From positions 12,090,001 to 12,154,000 of the forward strand of contig NC_047029.1 of the NCBI RefSeq assembly GCF_902652985.1: a stretch of 64,000 nucleotides of DNA, in the 5' to 3' direction. This DNA is from Pecten maximus. Lineage: Eukaryota. The position numbers were made by a program, and so were the translations under genes. Below, piece by piece: positions 39,283 to 51,555 of the stretch (position 1 is its first letter; each line of letters opens with the position of its first letter). Below the pieces are notes generated by a model, which saw only the letters and a program-made list of their open reading frames with translations, was not told where the DNA came from and searched no databases.

Positions 39283-41021
39283 TTTGAAACTCCAAAGTCT
39301 GCATTAAGGACCGCTAACCCCTGTATCTGTATAATGTGACCGACTGGGGTGTAACGTGCTGGTGACTGGATGCGACATTTTATTGTGATTGAACTATCAA
39401 ATTTCCGTACGAGGTCACACCACTTTTGGTCATCGTCCCTTAAGGAGCTCAAATTTAATAAATGTAACTTAGTCAAAAACAAGCATTTCTTCATCTTATT
39501 TCTCTGTAAATATGTAGTGCGTCAAATATTTAGTACCCTTCATGCCTTTTATTACAGTACATTTGCCTGGTAACCCAAAATAAAACTGGAAATATTTGTA
39601 AAAAAAATTGCCGTACATTGTATCTAATGACGTTTTCCTTATTCCACAATAAAAGTCATCTTCCTCATGGTTCCATCACAACACCTGTCACTGATAGTCC
39701 GAAGTTTATTTTCCATTTGTAAAAGAAATAACAAAATCATCGTATCCGAACATTTATTTATTAGTTTAGTATGACATTACTAGAAAGATGAAGAAGTCGT
39801 GTGTGTTTTAATTTATATCCATTAATCTGCATATGATGCACAGGTATCTATAACTGAATGAGTTTTACCTTTATTGGATCATTTGTATGAGTCAACAAGC
39901 AGCAAATCAAATAGATGCCGACTAATAGAAGTACATCTCAACTAATAGCTTTTAGTTATGTGGGTGAATCTAATCAATTACAAGCTAGGACTTAAAATTT
40001 GTCAAATTCACTCAACCAATTGTAATCAAATTCGAATTTCCGAGATGTTAAATCTACAATATGAGATTTTTACTAACATACCGATGGTATCATTTAACAA
40101 TAGGATTAAGTTGCATAGACCTTGGTCAAGAGTATCATGTAAAATTTTTATATGCTCGACAATTTCAAGCATTTGTATTTTCCATTGTAAGAAATTATAT
40201 AAATACGTTTTGGCTCGTTCTCGGTATCCAAATATATATACAAGAATATTCAATATTGCCACGTTTTCTTTGCATGGAATGTAAATCTTTCGATAGCAGT
40301 CACACCTCAGGTGAAAATGTGTCGAAATCATATACAGGTATTTGTGGAATTAAATGATTAGAATATCATCCGAGTACCCAAAAGTATACCATTTTGGTAT
40401 TTAAATATGAAGAAATGACTCTACTTTGTACATAGTATCATATATATATATATACATTTATATATAAATGTTTTTACACAAATATACCTAGTTCACATGT
40501 ATAACATGTAGATATTTAACTTATAAAATAAATATAAGAATTGAACATGGCCGTTGATATTGCCTCGTCTGATGTCACAGAAAACAGACAAATACTATGC
40601 AGATGTATTTTACCAGTTTGAGCAAGAGTACAGCTCTTAGAGCATGCAATACTATCTAGTTGCCATGTATAAAGTTTCAATAGAATGATCAGAAAGAGTC
40701 CGTAATATTTCGAAAGTTGACGAGACCTTAAAAATATCGTTATGTATCTGGCAATGTCTTCTGCCAACCTCACGCTAATAAAATTATTTGACCATTTTCA
40801 TCTCAGAAAAACTCCTTTAAGATTGCATAAAGCCTATAACACATTTAAATATGTAAATCTGTTAAACAATACGTGCAGTTCGTGGTTTAATTACTTTAGT
40901 GTGTAAAATCCATCCAGGTCACCGACGGCTGACGACCAATAGTTTTATAGCTGATGCTCTAAAAAATTACCATCAATATATAATTGATATTTGAACGGTA
41001 TGCCAAATATAGAAACGACTG

Positions 41022-42002
41022 TTATGACCAATCAAACCTCTTTCCTATCTGTTTGAAGAAAAGCTCATTTAAAGGTAGAAAATATCGTTTCAACCTCGAT
41101 TTTACTTCCGGGTTAATTAAAATATGTTGCCTGCCCTTGTTTTCTCGCAGACACTCTACCACTGAACTAGTCCGAAAACAGTAGAAACCCTTGGTGGCGT
41201 TGAAGACGAATTGTTCCCGCCTCACCTGGTGGGACAGTCCCAGAAATTCCTCCACTTTGTATATTTCTTCGTATGGGTTTCGTTTCAGGTTTTCGCCGTC
41301 TACAATATGTATCTGGCTTAATGGGAAGTATTTTAGCCAGCGTTTTAGATTTGTATGGTACAGGGAGGGTCTTATACATATATACTCTCGATTTATCTCC
41401 CCTGTCCGGAAGTTAAATACAGAATCTTCAAACTTCCGGCGACTCCGGTTGTTGATGACGCGTTGTGTATAATCAGAAATAGCTCTCTCCACAGGCTCGC
41501 GAACAACAACGATAAGTTTTATTGTATTGTTGAATTCAAAAGTTCGACCGGGAGCTTGCTCATGGTGAAAATTGTTACTAGATTTTTCAATAGTTAACTG
41601 ACCTTTTGTAGAATATGGCATCAAATTTCTATACCAATCGAATCCATTTTCATACCGAAAACTGAAAAAGTTTGGTTCTTTCCCGGCTGTTATAACATCC
41701 GGGTGTAAATCTAAAAAATGACGTAATGCACCTGTTCCCGCCTTTTTTACTCCAATAATGATACTTTGAGGTAGTCTCCGTTGCCGGCTATCACTAGCCA
41801 TATAATTTGATGACGGAAACTTGCATGTCCTGTCCGGCCACTGCCGAGTGATACAGGCCTTCGTTATGAAGATAAGTGTCAGAGTGCATATGACACATAT
41901 TCCAATCAGTTTTAACCTCGTGACCTTTCTATGGCAACACGTGACCTGTACCTTCGAGTTCATGTTGTCTGCTATCAAAGGCACGTGCGATGTGTCCTCC
42001 AT
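41022..42002 (-). CDS. HS3ST: Heparan sulfate glucosamine 3-O-sulfotransferase (HS3ST1/5-like), 326 aa, single coding exon, type II membrane protein
   Basis: Intact ATG..TAA ORF. It has an N-terminal hydrophobic anchor (LIGICVICTLTLIFI), a 5'-PAPS-binding loop LPQSIIIGVKKAGT, then HPDV..EPNFF, WYRNLMP, a 3'-PB motif VVREPVERAISDYTQ, WLKYFPLSQIHIVDG, FNATKGFYC and CLRENKGRQH (conserved Cys pair plus KGR). The exact paralogue cannot be assigned by eye. Confidence 0.95.
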   Translation of the reverse strand: MEDTSHVPLIADNMNSKVQVTCCHRKVTRLKLIGICVICTLTLIFITKACITRQWPDRTCKFPSSNYMASDSRQRRLPQSIIIGVKKAGTGALRHFLDLHPDVITAGKEPNFFSFRYENGFDWYRNLMPYSTKGQLTIEKSSNNFHHEQAPGRTFEFNNTIKLIVVVREPVERAISDYTQRVINNRSRRKFEDSVFNFRTGEINREYICIRPSLYHTNLKRWLKYFPLSQIHIVDGENLKRNPYEEIYKVEEFLGLSHQVRREQFVFNATKGFYCFRTSSVVECLRENKGRQHILINPEVKSRLKRYFLPLNELFFKQIGKRFDWS

Positions 42003-42023
42003 TGATTAATGGCAAAGGGAAAC

Positions 42024-42050
42024 CTGAAAGAATAATAAAAAAAAAAGTGA
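42024..42050 (-). promoter_or_regulatory. 3' splice acceptor (polypyrimidine tract + CAG) 21 nt upstream of the HS3ST ATG, implying an upstream non-coding exon
   Basis: The minus strand reads a T-rich tract, then attattctttcAG|gtttccctttgccattaatca-ATG. A 5'-UTR intron followed by one coding exon is the usual HS3ST1-type architecture. Confidence 0.75.
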
Positions 42051-42302
42051 CTTAGGGGTAACAATACTGCAACACTTGTCTGTCATTTAAAACCAGAAAA
42101 CACTTAAACAAAAAGGGATAATGTTAAATTGATTTCCTTTTCAATCTTAAATCTGAAAATAACGTGTCTTCATTCTCTTGTGATGATCATCATTAGAGTA
42201 ATTTCGAAAATGCGTGGATGTTTCACATTACTTTCTAATATTTTCTTCGGTATTACATCATAATTATGACATTTTCATAAAAATAACACTTAAGGCCAAT
42301 GT

Positions 42303-42375
42303 ATTTATCTGTAAGACTAGATCAAAACAGCCGTTTGGCAAAAACGGTTGTTTTGATCTAGTCATACAGATAAAT
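42303..42375. repeat. Hairpin with arms of about 34 bp, in the HS3ST 5' intron
   Basis: atttatctgtaagactagatcaaaacagccgttt / aaacggttgttttgatctagtcatacagataaat, with 2 mismatches and a 5-nt loop. Confidence 0.85.
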
Positions 42376-43546
42376 CTTACAATGTTAGGAATATATTATG
42401 AATATCCGTAAAATTGCAGTTCATAGGGCCATGCAACAAATTCCCCAGCTTCAATACAAACATATTACCATTATTTTCATAATAAATGAAATATATGGAA
42501 TAAGTTGGGATAAATCTGTCTAAATTATATTAATTGTATTTATAAAATAATGAATTTAAATTATTATTATCATATTCGTAACGACTCAACGACATTTAAC
42601 ATATCGTTAATGCAAAAAAAAAAATGGTGAAAACAAATTCAACAAAATATGTAAGAATCGGTTGGTACACACATAATACTATAAAGGTGATACATGTGGG
42701 TAAGTTTATCTTGTGGTGTGGACCGCCTTTCAGATAGTGCATAAATTAATATTGTGTACAAGTTTTGAATTGTAATTTTTAGACATGTTATACTGTTATA
42801 TAATCTATCCTCGTGTAGGTTGTTCATCAATAAAATCCAATAAGATGTGTTTTAAGTTTAAATAATGTTAGAAAAGTTTCTATTATTTGCCCAGTAGTCG
42901 ACACAGCCAGATAAAACACGAACATTTGATTTTTTTAAATTTGAGTCATTTAGGGCCAAACAAGACCGGATTAGAGGAACGTTGGAATAATAAAAAAAAA
43001 CTCAAACTAAAAGGTTGAAAGATAATCTAAAACTCATTTTTATCAAACTAACTGATTTTAAAACACATATGTGATGGTATCGTACGAAAATAATCAAATT
43101 TAAGCGATGTAGAAATTGTATCGAACAAGTTTACAGTTAATGTTGCATGCAACACTCGTCCCCTGTCGTCAATTAAATTTTCTAAGCAACATAGACCTTG
43201 ATAGCTATGAACTGAAGTCTCATTTTAACAATCATTTCTAGAAATGAACGGCTTCCTCATTTTAACAATAATGCCTCAAATCTATTGTCTTAACTATTTC
43301 ATAAGGCTGATCGTGACATGAAAAGTATTGAAAACCTTATTTCAGTAACAGTGACCTTTGCGTATGAGATTTTGAACCATTAATCATAAAACAAACAGCA
43401 GTAAAGATAAAATCATATGATATATACGTTTATCTTTTTGTATATTTTGCATTTATATAATGATTTAAAGTAGAAATTGTTGTAAACACTTCCACTGTAT
43501 ATATGTGTATAGATTTTTATAAAAAGTAGTAACGCATATAACGAAG

Positions 43547-43625
43547 GGACCTCGAACTCGCGATCTACGGCACCTAATCGCAAGCCAGAATACCCGCATC
43601 TTATACCAATGCGACACAGTCACGT
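43547..43625 (-). other. Degenerate tRNA-derived head (SINE or tRNA pseudogene remnant)
   Basis: The minus strand has an A-box-like tgtcgcattggtataag and a B-box gagttcgaggtccc. There is no intact cloverleaf. Confidence 0.4.
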
Positions 43626-44394
43626 TCTTAACAAAGAACGTTTCACTGGTGCTGTGATGGGCGGCCTGATGCTCTGACATGAGCATATATTGATGTGTAT
43701 ATACTTCTATACATATATGTTTAATTTGATTTCTATTTTCAAAGTGAACCGCGATATAAAAGCATCTGTCAGTGGACCCATCGTGTGTATGTCCTTAGCA
43801 GTTATGACGATGTAAATCACAGGAGACCCGTGTATTGGAATCGATCTGAAATATTTGTTTCTTCTGGACTAGCATAGATTGGCTATAATCCATCATCAGC
43901 TCTAGATTGGCTGTTAAATCCGAACGGTTTGGGCGAACATCTGAGGATATCGTGTTAACAACTGCAGAATTTCGAAAATCCCTGTCTTGCCTAGTTGCAA
44001 AGGGTCAACGAAATGGTTGTGTTGGAGTATAAAAAAAACTTCGCACATATTTACACGTTGGAAATATTGTCCATGCGTATATATTAACCTTTTCATATAA
44101 ATTATTTTGATCTCTTTTTCCTTGATCACGGAGAAGTATGACCATTTCCCTAAACAGATTTCTAGCACCAGTTGCCTCCGTTGCAATGTCGTTTGTAACA
44201 CTTCGTGCAGGTCGGGGGTTGAAGATTTATTTTTTATGTGCCTAGACACATCAATTGTGTAATTCCGAAGTAGTATCTGGCAAGAAATATTACATACACA
44301 ATGACCACACAGCATGTCCATCCTCTTAATTCCGATTGGAGCAGATACGCTGTCATGGTCACGCGCGTCGTAATTAATTAACGACAATGACGAA

Positions 44395-44600
44395 GGTATT
44401 GACCGGATCTACATTGTAGAACTTAAAATCAAGGACACTACAGACTTTCAACATCAATTGCCTACCTCGATCTTTACTTTAACAACAAAGACAGCTTATA
44501 ACAAAGCCAGTGATGTCGATGTCCGAGATGTCAATTTCCTATTTCAAGACAGGAGCATCCCAGCTTCCCATACATGTAGTGTTCACATTAAGTGCGATAT
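44395..44600 (+). mobile_element. Penelope-like element RT fossil
   Basis: Across frameshifts it gives ELKIKDTTD, AYLDLY, TTK.AYNK, VNFLF.D.SIPAS. These match the PLE thumb-region motif ELEIKDTT..S..YLDL...TKLYDKRDDF...IVNFP....NIP. Confidence 0.6.
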
Positions 44601-45999
44601 CAAGTCAGTCTGTTGGATGTTTGTTGATATGCTGTCACTGCCCTATCTCATTTTGTGATAGTGACTTAATCCGGATTGCTTCTTGTTTTGCCTTTTTTGA
44701 ATCAGAAGCGCAGTTTTGTTATTTTGTCGGTATTCTCTGTTGTCTTAAAACATTATTATGTTTTTATCTAAGGTTATGATATGCAGGTGTGTGTGAAAGC
44801 TATTTCGTTAAGATGTACAATGTATCAACTTATTTTATGTGAACAAACGCTTTTGTTTTGGTAAAATCTGCAACGGAAACTTTTATAACAGCCTAAGGCT
44901 CAGCATTTAATTTGTATTTTGTGTTTAAATTGTTTCTCATAAAAAGACCCGGCAGTCAGCAGCAAACCTATAAGCTTATATGAAAAAAATGAATCTATAC
45001 ATTATAACAGATTTGTCGAACGGACGTGTCCATACATTGCATTTTAAGTGTCAGGTTGGCGAGTGGTAATACAAGATGTACAATAAACCATGTACCTTTC
45101 ACAACGTCAGCGTACATTTTGTAGATATGAAATAGAATTAAAAATATAAATGACGTCGATCTCGGAAATATTTTGATTAAGGTAATAATGTTATGCTTAA
45201 TAATCTGCAATAGAGGCTTGTATATATCTATACCGATATTACTGTGAGCGTACTTTTATGTTATCCGAGGTATAAAGTCTCAACTATATATAGTAATACA
45301 CGCCTGGTCCTATACAAGTACACACAGGGCATGTCATATCTTATGTTGTTCCAAACGTTATGTTCCAGACAAAAGAAATCCAGATGATTGACGACAATGT
45401 CTTCTAATTTCCTGGAGATTCTGTTGTGGATATATACACAAACACCATCGTTACCCTTTTTATAACTAGCTGTCGCTTTTATTGTCACGTGATCGACGGG
45501 GTGACGAAGACCTTTAGTCTGTCTTTTAAACGTGCAAGGGGACGCGAAGTACTCCAGGAGACTCTAGGTATTCCAGAAACTCTACGCGACAAACATTGTA
45601 ACCAAAATAGAAAATCAAAGATAACATTCGGATGTTTCCAAATGCTGATTTATTTGATATCTACATAACTATAGTTATTTTTAAAGCTGGTCTTGTTAAC
45701 TGCCTAATGAATAAACTATGCTTTCGGGTATGAATGTTTGCCTGACGATGCTTCTGATGCAAAAATAATTATATTTTGGTCTTGGTTTGCAGGAGAGTTG
45801 TAATTTATTACGTTTATCCACTGAAAAGAACCAAAGCAATCCTACAACAAGTTTGTAATACGCAACTCGAAGTAGTCATCGCTTTATACAATACAACACG
45901 ACTCCATGTTGCAGACAATGTACCCACTCCATGACAAATGCAATTATTATTACAATGGCAAATATACTCTATTTCACTAAATACCTGATAATCCATATG

Positions 46000-46157
46000 C
46001 ACGAATGTAAAGCATGTCCAATCTATATCTGACAATCCAAATGAACGATGGTAAAGTATTGTCAACTTATATCTGACAATCCAAATGCGCGAGGGTAAAG
46101 CAATGCCAATCTATAACTGACGTATCCAGATGACATTGGTAATGTATGGCCAATCTT
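46000..46157. repeat. Degenerate tandem repeat of about 44 bp, about 3.5 units
   Basis: Recurring ccaatctatatctgacaatccaaatg....ggtaaag.at. Confidence 0.7.
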
Positions 46158-46517
46158 GGAGAGAATTAATCGAATAAGGAAGACGTTCGGAAACAAAAAG
46201 TTATCTAGGATATAGAAATAAAACAGATTTTATAAATGTTACAATTGATATAGTAGATTGTAAGACACACAAATAAAGACGATTATCAAAATGATTTTAG
46301 TACGATAAATATATGACAACAAACAGTATAAATCCATCACACAGCTGTTTCTTGTCATTCCAGCACTCATCACTGACACTAGAGGTCAGACTGTCGAGAT
46401 ACAGAAATAATTTGAATTTGGAGGTTTGTCAAATACACCCGGAGAAAAGTTACCGGCTTCAAATGTATTAGGAAGGAGAATTCCCGGGAATCTAACATTC
46501 ACTTTCCATATACATGT

Positions 46518-47035
46518 AAGCTCTACCATCATACATTGGCGGGTGCTCTGCCATCATAACTTGGTGGGTATTTGGTTTAATTTGGTTTATTTTGTTTAAC
46601 GTCCTATTCAAAGCCAGTGTCATTTAAGGACGTGTCATATCTTGGAGGTGGAAGAAAACGGAGAAAAACCACCGGCCTACGGTCAGTACCAGGCAGTCGC
46701 ACCACGCGGGTTTCGATCTCGCGACCCAGAGGTAGAGGGCCAGTGATAAAATGTCGGGACACCTTAAAACCTACGCCAAAGTGGCCCAATACTTGGTGGG
46801 TACTTTACCATCATAAATTGGTGGGTGGTGAACTAACATGACTTGGAGGGTGTTATTCCATCATGACATGGTGAGTGATCTACCATTATCACTTGGTTGA
46901 TGATGTACCATCATGATTAAGTTTGTGTTTAGCTACATCACTTGGTGGTTGCTCTGCCCTCATAACTAGTTGGGTGCTCTACTATCATGACTTGGTGGGT
47001 GTTCAGCTACATCACTTAGTTGGTGCTTTACCATC
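46518..47035. repeat. 25-bp minisatellite (GCTCTACCATCATGACTTGGTGGGT), interrupted by a V-SINE
   Basis: Period of 25 (46521, 46546). The array resumes at 46791 and runs to about 47035. Confidence 0.85.
46571..46790 (-). mobile_element. SINE family B (V-core), older copy
   Basis: Collinear with 58567-58797. Apparent TSD ACTTGGTGGGTA at 46559-46570 and 46791-46802, which is ambiguous because it lies within the array. Confidence 0.85.
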
Positions 47036-49531
47036 TATAATCGATTGATATGTTCTTTGTGTGATGTTCAACTTAGAGATATTTAGAACAGTAAAGAAAC
47101 ACAAGTTGTTCCACGTTTAATACGAAGGAATAAATTGGCAGCTTAGTTTAAAGAGGCTCGAAAGGAAGGAAGTGTTTGTCAGCATTAACTTGTCAGAGCG
47201 CCCGCCGTGCATGTGTCGATGTCATAATATACTTTCTGTTTGATATTATTACACCAAGCACTTTCGGGACATGACGGAGATCTCTTGAGTCCGAACCATG
47301 TTATACGGTATACTATTGGACGTTATAGTATAGATACCGACTACAAATTAAAGTCTAATCATGTCTAATCTCGTCTTTAAAGGGCATAGATCTCGACATT
47401 ACTGTCGTCCGCTAATCCGCAGCTACACCTTAAAGTTCGTTCGTTATTATCATCTTATCGCCCCAACGTTCACGTGATATAACCAATTAGTGTATTTGAC
47501 ATTTATAACTAAGACGTATTCGGTATCACACAAGTTCAGCCAGACATTAACATTTGGTGATCCCTGTATCACTAGTAACCAGACAAGCCGAGAACGAAAA
47601 TATCAAAGCATACTCTACATGTACACCTACAACCTGCTTCGTTATAACAGGAAATATCTGTTAACATCAGTCTCGGCGGAAAACAGTAACAGTATTAGCA
47701 GACATCCTCATTCCACAAAATTTACTAGACACAAGGTCGTACGAAGTCTCTGTAGGGCCAGGAAACAGACAAAGCTGGACACAAGGTTAATATATAGCCC
47801 TCTGGAGACCTATAGAAAGGGTAAAACATACATTGTCCCGAGTCACCAGACAGGCCTGGACATTTCCGCCTTGCGGATCGGCCTGTGGATGCCCGGTGAT
47901 CTTCGAGCAGGCGCAATGACTACATCGCCTACTCTATTGGATATAATAACGATTTGTGTAGTTATCCCCGTCAATAATACACAGATCTAGAACATGCGTT
48001 ATTTGCAAAATATGTTCACTGGATTGGTTTGATTTTGCTCTTTTTCTCATGGGATTTGCTTTCGCTTTTGTTAAGTTTTATTAACGTTCTATCAACATTT
48101 GCTTTCTGACAAGCGTTGAAATACTTCAAATTAGATTATTGACAAGATTATATCACTTTTTTATTTTTTACAAAAAAAAAAAAAATTATAAACACTTCGT
48201 GTTTTGTCAGCTAATACTTGCTGCTTCGATCAGAGACACAAGTACAACTAACCACGGAAGGCATTACGTGATTTTTCGGACCGACCTTTTAACCCATCGG
48301 AAATGGGGTCAAGGAAAATGTTAACATTTTTCACGTGGAGTACATGTGCTGAGGTCGCGAACAATTAGCTTATAAACGTCCTGATTCTATTAATGAATGA
48401 TCGCAACTTCTACTGCCTCGACTAACATGTCAGGTGAATAGTCAGACCTTCTGTAGGTGATCACATTCGCGGATATGAGTACCTGTATGTATTATATTGT
48501 TTATGGCCCATTGACCATTTGAGACATTTAGGACCAAATAACACCAGACTAGGACTTTGTCAAGGAATACAGCAAGCTCGAACTAAAATATTAAAGATAT
48601 AAATGTTATAAATGATATTACGCTGTTCATCACTTTAGAGACGGCAAGGATATATAACGATTTAGTCGCTTTAATGAGGAACTAATCCATGTAGGTTTGG
48701 CTACAGACAAGTTAATTCTTCTTCACTGTAATACCTACCATCTCACTGATATCAGGTGGTTTGGCTCTATCCCCCGAAACATAATTCGTTCATGTACGAA
48801 TAAATCAGCAATGATCTGACTATATTAGGGATATGTGGCTGATTATAACTTCCTACTACAATCGAGGATCAAACCAAAATGTCACTATATACCACAAAGG
48901 TAATATTATGAAAGGTTATTCTATTCAGGCTGCACACACAATTGATATCTTTACATATTTCAGCTGTCACTCACAAATGAGTATACTATTATCAATGTTC
49001 TGTATTGAAATACCCCCGTTTAAGTGGCCATTTTAGGTTTATTTGCAATTCAATTAAAGTAAAAGACAAAACAATTATATAAAGTGTATCTGATCCAGCA
49101 GACTTATGAAATACAACATTCATAAAATGTCCTGTATATATTTATATTGTAGACAGTAACACCATCATCGATCTACTGTCTACGACACTATTATTACACA
49201 CTGATAAATACTGTATATACTTCAATATTGATTAAAAGGGCATGTTTATGTCACAAAGCCAGGTTTTACGACTGACTTAATACGGTTTCAATTTCCATTT
49301 CTGCTATTGCTGGTTATTTAATCTCTCATGGGAAAACATCCCAACCTGATGGAGCTGAAGTTGTGTCTATACAATGTCAACGTATACATGTCTAATCGTC
49401 ATTCACGAGCAATATATCGGAATTGATATTGCGATATTGTTGACAGTCGTGTAACATGTCTGACGTGGTTCTAATGGCTGCTTCGTAGTCATTTAACAAA
49501 CCTAGGATTGTGTTTTCACATTTCGATCACA

Positions 49532-49698
49532 AATGTTCCGGTCTATCACTAGGAGACTTTACATGAACATACCACAGCCTCCCAAAACACACATACGCAC
49601 TCACCACACGCATACATATCGCACGCATGGGAGGCCGTCCTTAAATGACCTTAGCTGTTAATAGGACGTTAAACAAAATAAACCAAACCAAACCAAAA
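49532..49698 (+). mobile_element. SINE family A, 5'-truncated, with TSD
   Basis: TSD TCGATCACA at 49523-49531 and 49699-49707. Confidence 0.9.
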
Positions 49699-50221
49699 TC
49701 GATCACATCCTTTCATTTCTCTATCTATTCGTCCCCTTTTTAACTTTTAATTCTATATTTTATCTTCACATTTTCTACTAAAGTCTTTTGCATCTCTATC
49801 CGTGCCCCATGTCGAGTTATGTCTTCGTGATAATAGAGTCAATGAAATAATTTCGAAAATGGTACACTGTTGAAATATGACTAAAATTTACGTACGCAGA
49901 TTGCAACCTCAAGGTATCAGGATAGTAAAAATTTGACTTGATCCTCGAAATGCCATCGTGCTCATGTCATATTTCTTTAATTGGCATGTCATGACAATTG
50001 CGATGAATTCATAAACTATAAAAGGCATATCGATATAATCACTGGGGTCGCCTGCTCGTAAACAATTTTACTATAATGGCTAATCATAAGGCGATGTTTA
50101 TCTCTAAAGCAACTAACAATTATTTGACAAAGCTAGCTCGATGGGAAGGTCGAATCTTCACTCAGAAAATGTCAATAAGTATTTCACATGATATTGGGGT
50201 TTCCCAACTGTGATAATGGAA

Positions 50222-50648
50222 TTTATTACATTTTTACCAGTGAAATATCAAAAATTATTCATTCTATAAAAGTGATATTTTTCACTAGTGAAAAATATCA
50301 CTTTTGCTGATTTGACAATCAAATTAATGATTAGAAAATACCAAAATAATTGACCAATCAGAAAGCCCGACATATATGTCAGCACCTGGACAGGGGAAAC
50401 TACTTTTTTTGTATGCAAACTTTCGCTGTAGGCCTAGTTAGCATACGGGGTAGGTTTTTCGTTGATAAAAAATGTAATAAACAGAATATCTAACAGTGTC
50501 TTCAGTAATACCAAATATATTTCACTCGTGTGGCTAATATTTTGATATTTTTCACTCGTGCTGCGCACTCGTGAAAAATATCAAAATATTAGCCCACCTC
50601 GTGAAATATATTTGGTATTACTGAAGACACTGTTAGATATCCTCTATA
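50222..50648. mobile_element. Palindromic non-autonomous DNA element
   Basis: Hairpin of about 155 bp at 50486-50640, a perfect 38-bp palindrome at 50268-50305, and a 14-bp IR tttattacattttt (50222-50235) / aaaaatgtaataaa (50468-50481). Confidence 0.8.
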
Positions 50649-50752
50649 TCTTCAACGGAACTCCTATAATAAGCAATGAAATGATGGGGGATAATTAAAT
50701 CTTTAAATAATTATTTCACGGATAAAAAATAGAATGATAGTTCCATGGAAGG

Positions 50753-50897
50753 TTTGGTTCATTTTGTTTAACGTCCTATTAACAGCTAAGGTCATTTAAG
50801 GACGGCCTCCCGTGCGTGCGACATGCATGCGTGTGGTGAGTGCGTATGTGTGTTTTGGAAGGCTGCGGTATGTTCGTGTTGTCTCCTTATGATAGGC
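50753..50897 (-). mobile_element. SINE family A, 5'-truncated, with TSD
   Basis: TSD TCCATGGAAGG at 50742-50752 and 50898-50908. Confidence 0.9.
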
Positions 50898-51407
50898 TCC
50901 ATGGAAGGAAGTCGCTGATAACAGGAAAACTACATATATCCGCAAGTTTTCCCCGATAATCTCAGCCGTGTATAATTTTCCAGCTACATATAGCCACTAC
51001 GTTCGCGATAATTATGGTCGACTTTTAATTTTGTGGACTTCAGATGGTTGAATGACGAACATGTTCAACATCAAACACGTCTTGAGTCGGAATGTAGAGA
51101 GTAAAATAACTACTTTGAACCTCCCTTCCCCTACAATAATTACAACACTTAACATTGCCATGACGATGTTAAATGCGTAGTGAGCACATTATAGCTTGGT
51201 GCACTGTAGCAGACTATAATATAGAGTGATATCTATTATCGGTGAAGCTAGTAAAACCCGTCACCATACACTTACAAACTGTTAAATAATTGAAACTAGG
51301 ATCGTAGATATGTAAACCAATACTCCTGATGAATGTATTGTAAATCATGTATTTTAAGTAATATCAACAAATGTAACAGTGTAAAAGGGTTTGTTACAGT
51401 ATACATA

Positions 51408-51555
51408 TTATCAACAAATGAAACAATAGTATCAAAAAAAATGAGACAATAGTGTCAATAAATGAAACAATAGTATCAATAAATGAAACAATAGTATCAA
51501 CAAATGAAACAATAGTATCAATAAATGAAACAATAGTATCAATAAATGAAACAAT
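51408..51555. repeat. 21-bp minisatellite (ATCAATAAATGAAACAATAGT), about 7 units
   Basis: Directly visible; it produces the spurious (SINETIV)n ORF. Confidence 0.92.

Noticed and set aside
41167-42009. Several ORFs overlapping HS3ST
   Set aside because: They are antisense or alternate-frame shadows of the real CDS.
43914-44387. 157-aa minus-strand ORF
   Set aside because: No motifs. It is adjacent and antisense to the Penelope fossil, so it is probably incidental.
45261-45488. Possible LINE endonuclease remnant (GNDGVCVYIHNRI)
   Set aside because: Only one weak motif; the flanking EN motifs could not be recovered.
47490-47990. 166-aa ORF, the longest non-TE ORF besides HS3ST
   Set aside because: GTG start, no recognisable motif and no clear splice context; it cannot be supported without a search.
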